Origin: Vitrella brassicaformis CCMP3155
Lineage: Eukaryota > Protista > Chromerida
Assembly (NCBI GenBank): GCA_001179505.1
Contig: CDMY01000646.1
Location: 1 to 63,969, forward strand
Length of the DNA stretch: 63,969 nt
Direction: 5' to 3'
Of the stretch, positions 1 to 12,056 are shown piece after piece (within the stretch, counting starts at the first letter, position 1; each line of letters starts with the position of its first letter). The notes beneath the pieces are model-generated. The model was not told where the DNA came from, did not search any database, and saw only the letters and a list, made by a program, of their open reading frames with translations. The translations under genes and the position numbers were made by a program.

Positions 1-616
1 GATGAAGACCCAATTGAGGCTCGGGGGGATGTGGGAGAGCGTGCCGGGGGGGCGAGAAGGACGCCAGAGGAAGAGCCAATAAGGCTGAGCGATATGATGA
101 GCTGCGGCGGGCAGCATCACGAGGAAAGGTCGGAGACGCCAACCACAGCCAAATGGGCACGGATGAGGACCGGACGAGGACCAACATGACCCCCAGAGGG
201 AGGGGAGCCGATGGCATCCTCAGCCAAAAGAAAACAAGGCTGAGGATGCCTCGAGAGATCTGCCTTGGGATCTGCGAGCTTGGATTCGCAGAAAGGGACG
301 CCTTGGTTGGTTGGTTATTGTGTTTAACGAGACTCGTGTCTGTAACCCCGAGGGGATCCTGTCCAGGTCACGCACTAAACTAGCAGCATGCACATGCATA
401 GAAGCATGCACACGGCCTGTCTCCCCATCCCACCCACCCACCCACTCGACACGCACGTGCCACCCTATGATGGTCAGAAAAATCGCTGTCGACACCGGTT
501 GCCTTGTGGTCGGGGGATAGCGAAAGGGAAGACCAGTTGCTCTAACTCAGATAAGCTCGCAGACCTTTGAGCTCGCACCAAATGGCCGCTGAATGCATGT
601 CCTCTCTGTCTGCTGG

Positions 617-655
617 TGTGCTGTGCTGTGCTGTGCTGTGCTGTGCTGTGCTGTG
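617..655. repeat. (GCTGT)n microsatellite, contracted in the paralog at about 25435
   Basis: Perfect pentamer run. Confidence 0.9.
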
Positions 656-849
656 TGTGTGCAGATCTCTTCGTCAAGAGCAAGATCTCGGCGGTGACTG
701 TCACTGTGACTCATTCGGTGTCGTTATGGGGACGTCGTGGAGATATGCTCCTTTCTGGTGTCGTTATGGGAGGGCCGGCTTGGTATACTGCTCACGGTAT
801 TCCTACAGCTCGTCAGGCTCTGCTGTTCCGCCGTTGTCAGCGCACCGCC

Positions 850-3414
850 ATGAACGGTGAGGTATCCACGTTCACTTTCGCACGCCCCTCCCACACACAC
901 TGACTGAGATCTGCCACTTGTGTTGATTTGCAGCCGGTCTTTCTCCTGGGTGGCGAGCGTTCCTTCTCCGTGGCCTTCACGACCACTGGGACGACATCGA
1001 GCTCGATCGCCAGCGCTCTCAGTCGCTGGCGGACCCGACGGACATGACCGCGCCACCGAAGCATCGCCAAGTGTGGCTCACCGCGGCGAGTGCCGAGCGC
1101 ATCATCGGTCAGCAGGGGTAGCAGCTGGCGCTCCTCCCGGCGGCCATCGACCAGGACGCCCGGGACCGGCCCCTCCGCCACCTGTTCCGCCTGCAGGCCT
1201 TCCGCAAACCGAATATGAACCTGACCGACCAGGCGGCTCATCAGGGCGGCCAGTGCTGCGTCCTCGTGTACTGGGGAGGGGATCTCGTGGATGAGGTGCG
1301 TTACGTGCCGGTCGACAAGGATACCGGTGAGAAGCTGTGTGCGACGTGTTTGGTGCCGTGTGCTGATGGCACCGGCGGCATCTGCGGCAAGCAGAACACC
1401 TTCGGCAACGTCGTCAATTCTCACCTGCGCAAGACACACAAACTGACAGACGAGACTGCGCAGGTGTGTGTGTGATGGGGAAGACATGTCTGCACATTGA
1501 CGGCCTCATGTTTGCTGTGTTGTACTGCGTGGTGTCTGCAGTGGCTTCCTGCCCCTCCTGGGCCATCGGCGGCGCCGATGACTGTCACCAGCGCACGTAC
1601 GATGCGATGCGATGCGATGCGGGGGATTGAATGTGTTGTCCATCCACCGTATCTGTCATTCTGCAGATGTGTACCACCACCAGAACAGAGGGCCCACCCA
1701 TGACCTCAATGCGTCTCGCAGAAGTCTCGGGTCGAGGGGTGAGTGTCGAGGACAGCACAGCCGTCTGCATACGTACGCCGTATTGATTGATGCCTCTGTT
1801 TGTGTGTCAGACGTGGAAGTTCTTAGAATATGGGTGCCGGGAGAGAACACGGTGCAGCAGCTCAGGAACTTCGCCGCCAAGTGGCCCCGCGACATGATCG
1901 TAGAGGAGTTGGTTGTGCAGAGGGACGCACCGATGACCGATGGCCGATACCTCAGGATCACCTACGTGCCAGACAGAGGTACACCCACATACAAGCAGAC
2001 CTGCGAGCACTCTCTATCTCTTTCTGTGGGTGCGTGTGTGTCTCTAGTGCCCTGTCGAGCTTTCCTGAAGTGGCTCAGCCGGGAGATTCCGCATCAAGTG
2101 GATGAGACCATGGCGAGTCCAGTCACGCAGCAACAAGTGGGTTTGCAAGCAGGCAGCCATGCAGCCAGGAGGAAGGGCATAGTCAGGCTGCCATACAGGC
2201 AGAGTGTATCACATTGGTGCAGGCATCTGACCAGGGGGATGCACCCCCTCCCCCAGACGGGCAGCTGCAGACGGGACAGGTACGTGTGAGTGATGTGGGA
2301 AGGCACTGCAGCGCGTCGTGAAGACATCCATCTCTGTGCTGTCTCGCTGTCAGACTTACCTTCTGCAGCCCCAACCCAGCACACAGAGCGGTGAGGAACA
2401 GCACACGCAAGAGTCAGGACAACACGTTCACACGTCTGTCTACTGGCGTTGTGTGCTGCTCGCTGCAGGGCACCCCATCACACGCGACGACATTGCGCGT
2501 GCGCTGCGCGCTGAGCTCGACTACGAGGTCGGCTTCGACACTGTCCGACGGTTGGTGGACATCTTCAACGGTGAGCGTATACAAACAGGTCGACCAGATC
2601 TGCTCACTCCTGGTGATGTCTGCATTTCACCGCAGGCGCCCGACACGCCGTCGTGCAGTTCGTCCGTCAAGGTGAGCATGCAGCAGACGATATAGGCCTA
2701 TACAAATGCGTCTTTTTCTCCGTGTCTGCAGCCGGGTACAGCTGCTCTGAGACAGAGCTCCTGACGATGGCAGCCGCTATGCAGGGTGAGTCTCCAGCAC
2801 AATCGAATGAGGATCGATTGACTGGCGGCCCTTGTGGACACTTTCACGTGTCGTGTGCAGATGCTCCAGTGCATCCTCCATCTGACGCTGGTGAGATTTG
2901 GCCCTCAGAAGCACGGGGGTGCGCCATCCATGTGTTGTTATCCTTGTGCTTCTGTCTACAGATGGCGAACCTCCGTCGCTGGGTGACTTGCTGGACAGCA
3001 AGGAAGGTCCCTTGCCGGCAGGAGACCGGCAGGGACATTTGGCTGCTGCGGCCGCTGGGGAGCAGGGCGGTCACTACGTCACCCCAGCAAGTAGGAACTA
3101 TATGACAGTGTCAGCAAGGCCTTCCCCTTGTCCATGGGACCGTGTCTGCAGGGGACGTCTTCGAGTTCGTCAAGGCCAAGGATGGCCGCCGGCGTGAGAT
3201 CCATGACGCCAGATCCCACAAATCAGTGAATATGGCCTCGTCGTCAGCAGCCGAGCAGGTGGCAAGATACCCCCGTGCCTGCAACTTGAAAGTGTGTTCC
3301 ATCTGTCTACCACAGCCAAGTGCTGCTGCTGCTGCTGCTGGAGATGCTGCCCCTGCTGATTTCCTTATCTCTCCGTTGCCAACCGTCCCGGTGAGGCCAA
3401 ACAGAAACGTTTGA
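850..3414 (+). pseudogene. Multi-exon BED-like zinc-finger gene, copy 1, with in-frame TAG at 1119-1121
   Basis: ATG 850, intron 857-933, exon 934-1463 encoding ...CATCLVPCADGTGGICGKQNTFGNVVNSHLRKTH. Highly similar to 25644-26250, where the codon matching 1119 is TGG. Downstream exons (1810-1979, 2048-2280, 2961-3090, 3151-3414) have plausible splice sites, but their linkage is uncertain. Confidence 0.55.
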
Positions 3415-3451
3415 GCAGAAATGTCGGAAGCTGGATGGCTGACATGCGTCC

Positions 3452-4372
3452 ATGGCTGCATTCTGTGACCGTCTGTCAGGCCGCAGACGGACGCCGTGTC
3501 CATCAGGTGCCCCTGCTGCCTGCCCACCACCACATACAAGGGTGAGCCTCGAGCAACCCACACACACAGCACCACACCCGACCGCTTTGCCTTTGCCTGT
3601 GCCTGTGTCTGTGTCTGCTTTCCATTCAGTTTCCATCGCCATTGGCAGCCATATCCTCACCTGTCGGCACTGAGCAGCGATGCACAGGGAATCGCTGCAC
3701 AGGGACATATGGCGTCACAGGCAAGCCGTCAAGCGAAGACGACAGCGACACGACGGTTAGGTTATTGTGCGTGTGTGTTTCTTTCATTCAGCCGTCGCAC
3801 GTCTATGCTCCAGCAACGGGCCATTCGAACAACGCCCCCCACTCACCCGTCAGTGAGGTACCAATGGGACGAAGCACATTCACACACAGCGGGCCCATCT
3901 GTCCCTGCGGTGCCAGGCTCAGGTGATGGCTGAAGACTCTCCACCGTTGCAGCACCCATTGGGCCAAAATGACCTCCGTTACTCACCACCTCACTTCAAC
4001 GGCGCGGCGCCGGTGATACGACAGCAGCAGTGCGATGGTGCCTTCATGCAGCACTTTCCCGGGGTCCACTGGCAATGCTGGTGAGCTGCAGCTGAATGCG
4101 TGTTTCCATTTCTACGTCTGCCCGTCTCGCTTGAGGGTCAACCAGGTGGCCCCGACATACACATCAGCCGACGTCAATGGGCCTCCAGCCAATCCGTTTG
4201 CCGCGGCATCACAAGCCGGTGGGTTAAGGAGGCACATCACACTGGTCTTTTCTCCATCTCTCTGCTTTCTGTAGGTGTGTGTGAGCCCATCCCAATGTAC
4301 GGCGGCGCTCCACCAGAAGCTTCCCCCGGGCCGCCCTCGCATCCCTACGACAATATGAGCAGTGGCACATAA
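3452..4372 (+). CDS. Hypothetical low-complexity multi-exon protein (may be the 3' part of the upstream gene)
   Basis: Short open segments bounded by cag/gtgag and tag/gttag sites, ending ...PPSHPYDNMSSGT*. No recognisable domain. Confidence 0.3.
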
Positions 4373-5986
4373 ACAGTACGCCACTCACCTCATTTGCAAT
4401 GTATTCGGCGCTCGTCATTGTATCGTTTAGGCTATGGGCGAGGCCGGCGACCGGCCCCAGCTGAGCTGGCATCGACCGCGAAACTCCCCAAGTAAGGAAT
4501 CGGTGTCAACATCCACAAATATGGGATTCACTCTGCTGTCCTTGATCAGTGTTCTCGGGCTGCTCTGGGGTCGACGCTGAAGGAGAGAGGGGGCGCGGCG
4601 ACGACAGCAACTAGTGCTTACATCTGTGACTGTGGGGGTGGGTGCATGATGTTGCTGGTTGGCATGGCTGTGTGTCTGTGGGTGCGATTGCTTCGTCTGC
4701 TTATGTGCCGTGGAGGGCACCAGCTCTACACCTGTATGGAGCCCTCGGTACTTGTGTCGTCTCGTGTGCATTCACACAACGACTTACACATACATACATA
4801 CATCGCTGTGCTGCACAAGTACGAGGCGACACTGTTGTATTATTACCAAGTGAGAGAGGCGCAGCGGATATCTGCCTGCCTACCTTCGGTTGCGATTCTG
4901 TTGGTGCTGTCTGTGCTTTATTCTATACGTCGACAGTGTCTGCCTGGCTCGCTCTCTCTATGGGCACTCTACACGCACGAGGGATTGGCACGTCCGTGTG
5001 GAGATTTTCTTGTGTGTCTGCCTGTCTGGTGTGGTGTGGGGCGCCTTCTTGTTTACCGGTCCTGTGATGCAAGTCTTCCTTCAATTGTGCCATCCTTCGT
5101 GGCATGAGTGTGTGCATGTGTGCATGTACGTGTGGTCCGTATACATGTGGTCCTTCTATTATGACGTGGTGGCCCTCCTGCCGCTCTGACGGGAGAGAGA
5201 GCCGGCCACAACATGTGGATGTGTTGGTAAGGGATGGGCGCTGTCTGCCGTGAGTCGCAGGATGGCACTGCGCCCCTTGCGATGATAGTAGATGTGTGAA
5301 TGGATGTCGAACTTCGTTGGGATCTTTCTCGTCACTGACCCTTTTCATCGCACTTCATTCATGAGGGTCTGAACCCTGAGACCAGCAGCTAATGCGTTCC
5401 CATTTGTCAGCGTGTACTCCAGAGCGTGTGTCACCTTCCTGTTGTCCTTTATTGATGCGTTGAGACGTGTTGCGTTTGTGTATGGGTGGCTGTCTGTCTG
5501 GGAATGACTGTGTGTTTTTGCGTTCTTCTGACTGATTGGATTTGCGTGGGACGCGCTATGCGATGTGTGTGTATGGTCAATCTTGCTCGCACTCCATGCA
5601 CAAGGCCTTCAGAGCAGTCAAGCACACGCATACACACATGTGGGTCCGTTGTCATTACACGAGCAGCATCCATAGACAAACGGGCATGCATGCAGTCGGC
5701 ATCATGCATCATCATACACACCACACACAAGGCATGAGTACACACAGCATGCATCAGTCACAGGGGCTTGCGGCAAGCTGGCTGCCGGCAAGAGAGAGCA
5801 GAAACCAGTCCATGAGCATTCACACAGACACACACACGGACACCCGCGCACACATGAAAGGAACAGAGCAAATGTCACAGCAAACGTCAGCGCAAAGGCG
5901 AAACATCAAACACGGCAAGCTCATCCTGATGAAAGACCAGTGCAAGAGGTCAGCACGTCCCAATCAAATCATATACACACCAAGCT

Positions 5987-8915
5987 TCAGTCCGAAACAG
6001 GAGTCACCTGCGTAATGCTGATCACCTGATCCGAGCTCTTGAGCACTATCTCCTCCCTTTCTACGCCCTTTCCTGCGGCAATGAACTGACTGTCGTAGCC
6101 TTCTGCCTTCCACTTGCGGCAATCACACCCCACAGGGACGTGGCCTCCTTTGCAGGCGCTGGCATCATGGTTCTTGCACCGGCCACAATCGACGACCAGG
6201 GTCATCACCACAGGAGGGCTTTTCATCCTCTCAGCCTTACCCTGAGCGAACACCATCGCCTGCAGAAATGGCAGAAGAAGCAAATGTGTGTGTGCTGTGC
6301 ACACCCCCTTTGCCTGCCCTGCACTAACCTTGCTGTGCTCCCTCGTCACGTAGAGACCACTTACAGACATGTTGTCTTCTCCTTTGCCGACCGAAAGATC
6401 GAATCCCGTCTGACGTATCCCGTCCGCCCCTGCCTCTGTCGTCCCATGGACGACAGTCAGAGGGACAGACTTGCCCGTCAGATTGCACGCTGAGCATCGC
6501 CATCCGCGCCCCTTGCACTTGAAGCAGGGATATGTCGTTTGCGAAGAGGCGCCCTCGAATAACGCCTGCAGTACAGGGGAAAGCAAAAACCCATCATCAT
6601 CACCCTCCACTCAAACTCATCATACTTACCGGACGAAAGGGTGTTCGACCAATTAGTTGAGCACAAGGAAAAGCGGCGGCAGACGTCGAAAACGGCGAGG
6701 GCCACGCACGGCTGACCTCAATGACCTCAATCCTGTCAGCGTCAAATTCAAGGCTTCTACCGAAGAAGGCATGTCCGCTTCCTTCCTGTCGCATGCCCTC
6801 GTATCCGACAAAAAGGTCACGTTTGTCAATAAAGCCGCTACACTTGCGAAGATCACCAGGACCGTCACGGCCAAGGACGAGCTGACCGGCGCCGCCAATC
6901 AAGAGGCATGGGCATCTCCACATCGCTCCTTCCTTGGGCGCCGCCAGCACTCCACGAGCCTCTGGACGTATCCTGATTTTCTTGGGCCGCTCGTATCCAC
7001 CAGACAGCGTGAATGACCACTGCGGGGGATGCCGCATCCCATGCTGAATCCCAGCTGTGGCATCGGTTGGGACGTGGATGCTGTCGTCGATGAAGGCGCC
7101 AAATATAAGCTCCTCCTTGAAGACGGCAATCACAAGGCCTCTCGATGCCTGTGTGTCCTCCTCATTCGAAGGTGCAGCGACGACTTTGAGCTCTGCCTCT
7201 CGCGCTTCAAGGCATCGCAGGAGGTCTGCATACTTTGCCCCATCACGTGTGCTGCTGAAAGCGCAAGTACATACAAAACGATGACACACAGGTTTCAGCA
7301 CTGAATTTCTTTCTCCGACATCGGTCCTTTACCTGTATACAAGCTTGAAATTGTAGCGGTCCGTCCGACTGAAGAAGTCATGCAGAGCAGCTGTCTGACA
7401 CGCATTCAGTCTGCTCCCATCGATACTCTACGAAACATATACACACATGAAATGCGTCCTGTGTGCCTGACCACTATTTTTCTGACCAGTGGTGGGATTG
7501 GCGAGCACCCATCGATCCTGATCACCTCCACTTCGTCGGCCATAAAGTGCCGCACACCAAGAGGCAGAGCCACGCTGTTGTTCTTGTCCCACACGCCTTT
7601 GTAGCCGTCCAGTATATCCCGTGCTGAGAGGGCGCCTCGGTTGATCGACACAGTGCACCTCTCTAGCTCGCGATCTGGACTCGGCTCAAAGTCATCTTCG
7701 CAGCCCAGCGCGAACAGGCCGTCGGCAAGGACCACCTTTGCCCTCTTCCCTCCGCTGTAGGGGAAAATCTCAACCCATCCGTCTCTTCCCGCCACCCGCA
7801 AAGCGCGATGATGTTGCTCAAGCTCGATGCACGTTGGCTGGTCGAAGACTTTCCGATCCAGAATCATGACACGTTGCCGAGTCTCGTGCTGGAAGTCACG
7901 TTGTGGATCATCTGGCTCTTCCAAAGCTCCCTCCACGTGCAAGCAGATCATGTATCCGCCCTTGCGGCGGATGACGAAAAGAAGATCGCCGGCACCCCGC
8001 ACACGTCCGAGCAAGTCAGAGTACTTCCAGCCATGACGCGAAGCCCTGAAATCAAACAGAAAGAATAGACAACAAGCCCTGCCATAAAGGAAGCTGTAGT
8101 TTGTACCTGTAGAGCATTGTGAATGAGCATTGGCTGAACAGCGACGGAACGAGCAGAGAGTGGAGATCATCACACTCAGACGCACTCAAGCTGCTGCCAT
8201 CGATTCTCTGTGGACAACACAAAAGAAACACAGCAGTCAGGAATTCCGTTTGAGTTTAGAGGGGTCTCGCGTACTCTTCTCTGCTGAGACGAGGTACCCT
8301 CGTCGGTGGGGACCTGCAGGTGCAGGAATACAGAGAGAGAGAGAGCAAAGTGAGAGTGCAAAGTGAGAGAGCAAGGTGCTGATCGTTGTGCTGAGAGCAA
8401 AGTGAGGTGCATCTTCTTACGAGGACCAATCGTAGAGCCAAGAGGAGGAAGAGAATGTGGCCGGGAAGAACAGCATTTAAGCTGATCAGGACGACGGAGA
8501 CGATTCCGAGAGCCCACTCTGCTGATCGCTGCGATGTGTTGCCGTCGCCGGTATCTGCCGCGGCAAGAGCAGCTTCCAAGTAAGCTGCACTACTGCTGCT
8601 CTCATCGTCATGCTGATGACATAACATTGATACAAACATTATTTGATCTTGACACATTAGATGGGAGAATGGGCAGGTCTGCTGACCTTTGGCGTGTTAT
8701 TTGGCTGGTCATCAGCAGCGATGGAAGGAGGACACTTGGGCGACGGATGCGACAACACCTGCACACACCAGATAAGCATGTCTGCTCTCTATGTGTTTGT
8801 CTCTAGGTGTGCTCACCGCAGACGGCGGCGCATGAAACTTGGGGAACGCGTCATTCTTGGCGATCTTTGTCGGTCGCCCTCTCTCATTGGTCTGTCTGCT
8901 CGTAGACGGCGCCAT
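5987..8915 (-). CDS. TM hairpin + two TLDc domains + CxxCxGxG zinc motif + Gig2/PARP-like ADP-ribosyltransferase domain
   Basis: TLDc1: YRASRHG...HFMADEVEV. TLDc2: YSSTRDG...FDADRIEVIE. A phase-0 intron (6566-6716) joins in frame to CFKCKGRGWRCSAC, then VVHGT...GFDLS...GLYVTREHSK|AMVF...VDCGRCK...WKAEGYDS...REEIVL (H-Y-E ART pattern). Confidence 0.75.
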
Positions 8916-8940
8916 CTGAATGACGACAGAGGGGGACCGC

Positions 8941-9705
8941 TCAGCCGTCAGAAAGCTCATCCCTCCTGGCTTTCTGTCTTACGCTCATGGTTTGTCGCTC
9001 TGATGGTGTGCCGTAGGCCGGCTGGTCGCTGGCGGCGGCTGCTACCTCGCTTGTTTGGCCCTGCAGTGGCGGTCCAGGTGCAGGCTGGGTGCTGGCTGCG
9101 GCCGTCGGCTGAACCATCGAAGAGGCGAGCGAGACAATGTCATAGTCTATTGGCGGCGGCTCGGCGCCGCCTTCGATTGTCTGGTGTGCTCCTGGGGATG
9201 ATGTCACACCAGAAAGGGCGGCAGTGAGGGGAATGAGGAGGGGATGGGGGTGGGGGGGATGCATTGCGGGAGGGGGGCCCGCAGCGGCTGAAGCCGATGC
9301 GGCCACGGGAGGTGGGGGGCCGTATGCTGGGAAAGCCATCAACGGTGAAGGGAGTCCAGCAGCGGCTGACGGCTGCCAGGCCCTGAACGTGTCGCCAGCT
9401 GACTCGTCATCTCGTAGGCTTCCCCCGAAGGCCATCTGTCCGCCAGCCATGCTGTCGCCGTTGGCAGGGGCGGCAGCAGACGACTCGAATGCGGTCAGGG
9501 GGAGGAGATGGGGACGCCAACCGCTGAACGTGTCATCAGCTGACTCGTCGTCTCGTGGCCAGCCGGTACCATGTTCTTCGCCCATGGCGTCTTCAAGAGC
9601 GGCAGCAGACGACATATCTGTTGCCAGCGGGTCAGTGAGGTAGGGGAAAGGGGAGTAAGACGGCACCACCTGAATGGCAACAGGGGGGGACCGCTCAGCC
9701 GTCAC
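8941..9705 (-). CDS. Hypothetical Ala/Pro/Ser-rich protein with internal repeats
   Basis: 254-codon open frame with a repeated DDESA[DG]DTF motif. The start region duplicates 8915-8950; related pieces at 9714-9985 and 23030-23400. Confidence 0.35.
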   Translation of the reverse strand: MTAERSPPVAIQVVPSYSPFPYLTDPLATDMSSAAALEDAMGEEHGTGWPRDDESADDTFSGWRPHLLPLTAFESSAAAPANGDSMAGGQMAFGGSLRDDESAGDTFRAWQPSAAAGLPSPLMAFPAYGPPPPVAASASAAAGPPPAMHPPHPHPLLIPLTAALSGVTSSPGAHQTIEGGAEPPPIDYDIVSLASSMVQPTAAASTQPAPGPPLQGQTSEVAAAASDQPAYGTPSERQTMSVRQKARRDELSDG

Positions 9706-10344
9706 ATAGTTTATTACTCTTGGCCTTTTGTCTTACGCTCATGGTGTCTTGTTGCGACTGCTGGTGGAGAGGGCGCCGCCGTCAGTAGCCGCATCATCGT
9801 CTGGTTGGTCCTGCAGCAGTGGCAGCGGATATCCTTCCGAGGCAAAGGAGGCAGGTGGGACGCTGCCAGCGGCCGCAGCGGCAGCTGCAGCTGTAGTATA
9901 GACCCTTCTCTCACACTCATGCCATCGGCGTCGTCAGAGGCGGCAGCAGACGACATATTTGTTGCCAGCGGGCCAGTGAGGGAGGGGGAGGGGATGAAGG
10001 ACAGGCGGATGCGTCAGCAAGGCCGGTGGGGGTGAAGAGCAGGGAGCGTCTGGTACGCCAGTCTGAGGCACGGCGCCGATCCACTGATTCACAGTCGCTT
10101 CAAACTCCTCCTCGCTCTACAGGGTGCACACAACAACACACCATTGCCATTAGGCCGGGTGTATACACACACATCCGTCTCTAACCGTCATTCCATCGGG
10201 GTTGTCGGTGCCTGCTGAAGCAGCGGCAGCAGAAGCAGCAGCAGCAGCAGCAGGGGACTCACCAGCTGCTGCGGGAGGGTTCTGACCAGACAATAAAGAG
10301 GTGAGAATCTCAGACCGTGACGGATCTCTTGTTGTGCATCCCTC

Positions 10345-11620
10345 TCATTTTCTGCCCTGTTGGCACCGTCTTCTGAAGTTTGTGATCCATTTGTCGGTGG
10401 CCGGGAAGCCAAGTTCCATCGCCTTTGCCCGGATGTCTCTCGGGCGGACGGTCATTGGGTCACGGCCGGCCATCCACCGCCGCATCGGATCCTCAATCTG
10501 CGGGTACTTGGGCTGTCTGTTGCACTTCTTGTTCGGATCGATAATCTGCTTGCCGTCCTTCCTTTCCTTCTTGATGGTATGGTACCACTGCCTGAATTGC
10601 TCATACTTGAGGCCCTTCTCCTTGGCGAACTTCCGCATGCTGATCTGCTCGCCGGATTTTTGACGTGAAATGAACTCGTCCACCAGCCGCTGCCGCTTGC
10701 CGATAGTGATCTCCGGTGCCCTCTCAGTGGACAACTGCAGGACACACAAACAAAGAGAGGCTATGTGACGGGCAGTGAGTGAATGGATTGCTGGGAGGAT
10801 TCAGAGTCTTACGTCAGGGGCATCTCCCGCAGTGGGCGCCAGCTGGGGAATTTGGTAGGGCGGGTAGCCATGGTGGGGGTGAGGATACTGACTACACACA
10901 AGAGTACGATCACATCAACGAGTGGGCCTCTCTTGTTCGTTCTCTCACCTGAGGTGTCTGCTGATGCATGGAGGGGCTCGCTGTGGGGTGGCCGGGATGG
11001 TCATTGTCTCCAAAGAGGCAAGGCAGGCCATCGGCTGGCTCGTCTAGTAGGCTCACATGTCCCGATGCCTGACTCCCACCGAAGCACTCAGCGTCCCCTA
11101 CAGCCACCAGACAATCGACGGTTGCATCTTCGCCTGCACGGCAATCGGAGCGCCTTGCGTGTCCGCTTACCTGATGCGTATCCGTCGGCTGCAGGGTCAC
11201 TTCGTGATTGCGGCTCTCTGGGATGCGACTGAGTCCCCCATCCGCCAGCGGCACTCCCAGACACATAGCCGGGTGGCTGCAGCAAACACACACACACAGA
11301 GAAAGAGAGAGAGAGGTCAAGTGATGCGATCCAAGGACTGCCGAGTATGCCCACCTGATAAGAGCCGTAGTAAGGAGCTGCAGCTGCGGCAGCGCAACCA
11401 CCATCTGCCACCTGTGAGAAAAGGGTAAGGAACAGAGTCACATCAGCACCACTGACTCCATCGCTGCACACACCTGTGTGTGAGTATCATCATCGTTATG
11501 CTCCTCGGCCGATTCGGTGGCATCCGTGGCCTGGAGAGAAGCACACAGCACATCAGCCAAAGATCTGTGTGTGGCGGCACAGGACGTCACCTGTGGGTGA
11601 GATCTGAACGAGTCGTCCAT
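10345..11620 (-). CDS. CENP-B/pogo-type tandem HTH DNA-binding protein, copy A (no DDE domain)
   Basis: Spliced low-complexity N-terminus from ATG 11620 (MDDSFRSHPQ). Last exon ITIGKRQRLVDEF...KFAKEKGLKYEQFRQW...RQPKYPQIEDPMRRWM...IRAKAMELGFPATDKWITNFRRR matches the psq-like plus Tc5-type HTH pattern. Confidence 0.75.
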
Positions 11621-12056
11621 CAGAAGGCCTCCTTTCGTCTCAGATCTCGAACAGGACGCTCCCGTTTGTTTAGCTCGCAGATGCGTGAGCTCGCAGAAGC
11701 GGGGGAAACAACGCGGGAAGGAATGTGCTGGTGGTGTGCTGTGTGTGTGTGCAGATCTCTTCGTCGAGGGCAAGATCTCGGCCATGACTATCACTGTGAC
11801 TCATTCGGTGTGGTTATGGGGACGTCGTGGAGATATGCTCCTTTCTGGTGTCGTTATGGGAGGCTCCAGCTGCTATACTGTCCGCCTGTCTGTCCCGCTT
11901 CTCGTCATTTGCCCTTCCCAGTGTTCCCTTCTCAGTTTGTTTGTCGTTTCTGTTCCTTTCGTTCGTCATCGTTCCTTCCTGTGGTTGCCGGCCACATCAT
12001 CAGCGACCACCACCAAACCACTCTAGCCACCCGAAGGCACCGCTTGTCCAGTCAGT
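11621..12056. promoter_or_regulatory. Putative bidirectional promoter between divergent HTH and deaminase genes
   Basis: Short spacer between divergent start codons. A block of it (about 11750-11860) is conserved at 655-770 and 25455-25565. Confidence 0.45.

Noticed and set aside
934-1463. RIP-like hypermutation between duplicates
   Set aside because: By-eye comparison with 25728-26250 shows mixed transitions and transversions, with no obvious one-way C-to-T excess.
4520-4580. Short hydrophobic ORF MGFTLLSLISVLGLLWGRR
   Set aside because: 19 codons, with no paralog or splice support.
10345-10749. Active pogo/Tigger transposon
   Set aside because: No DDE domain follows any HTH copy, the genes are multi-exon, and I found no TIRs or TA duplications by eye.
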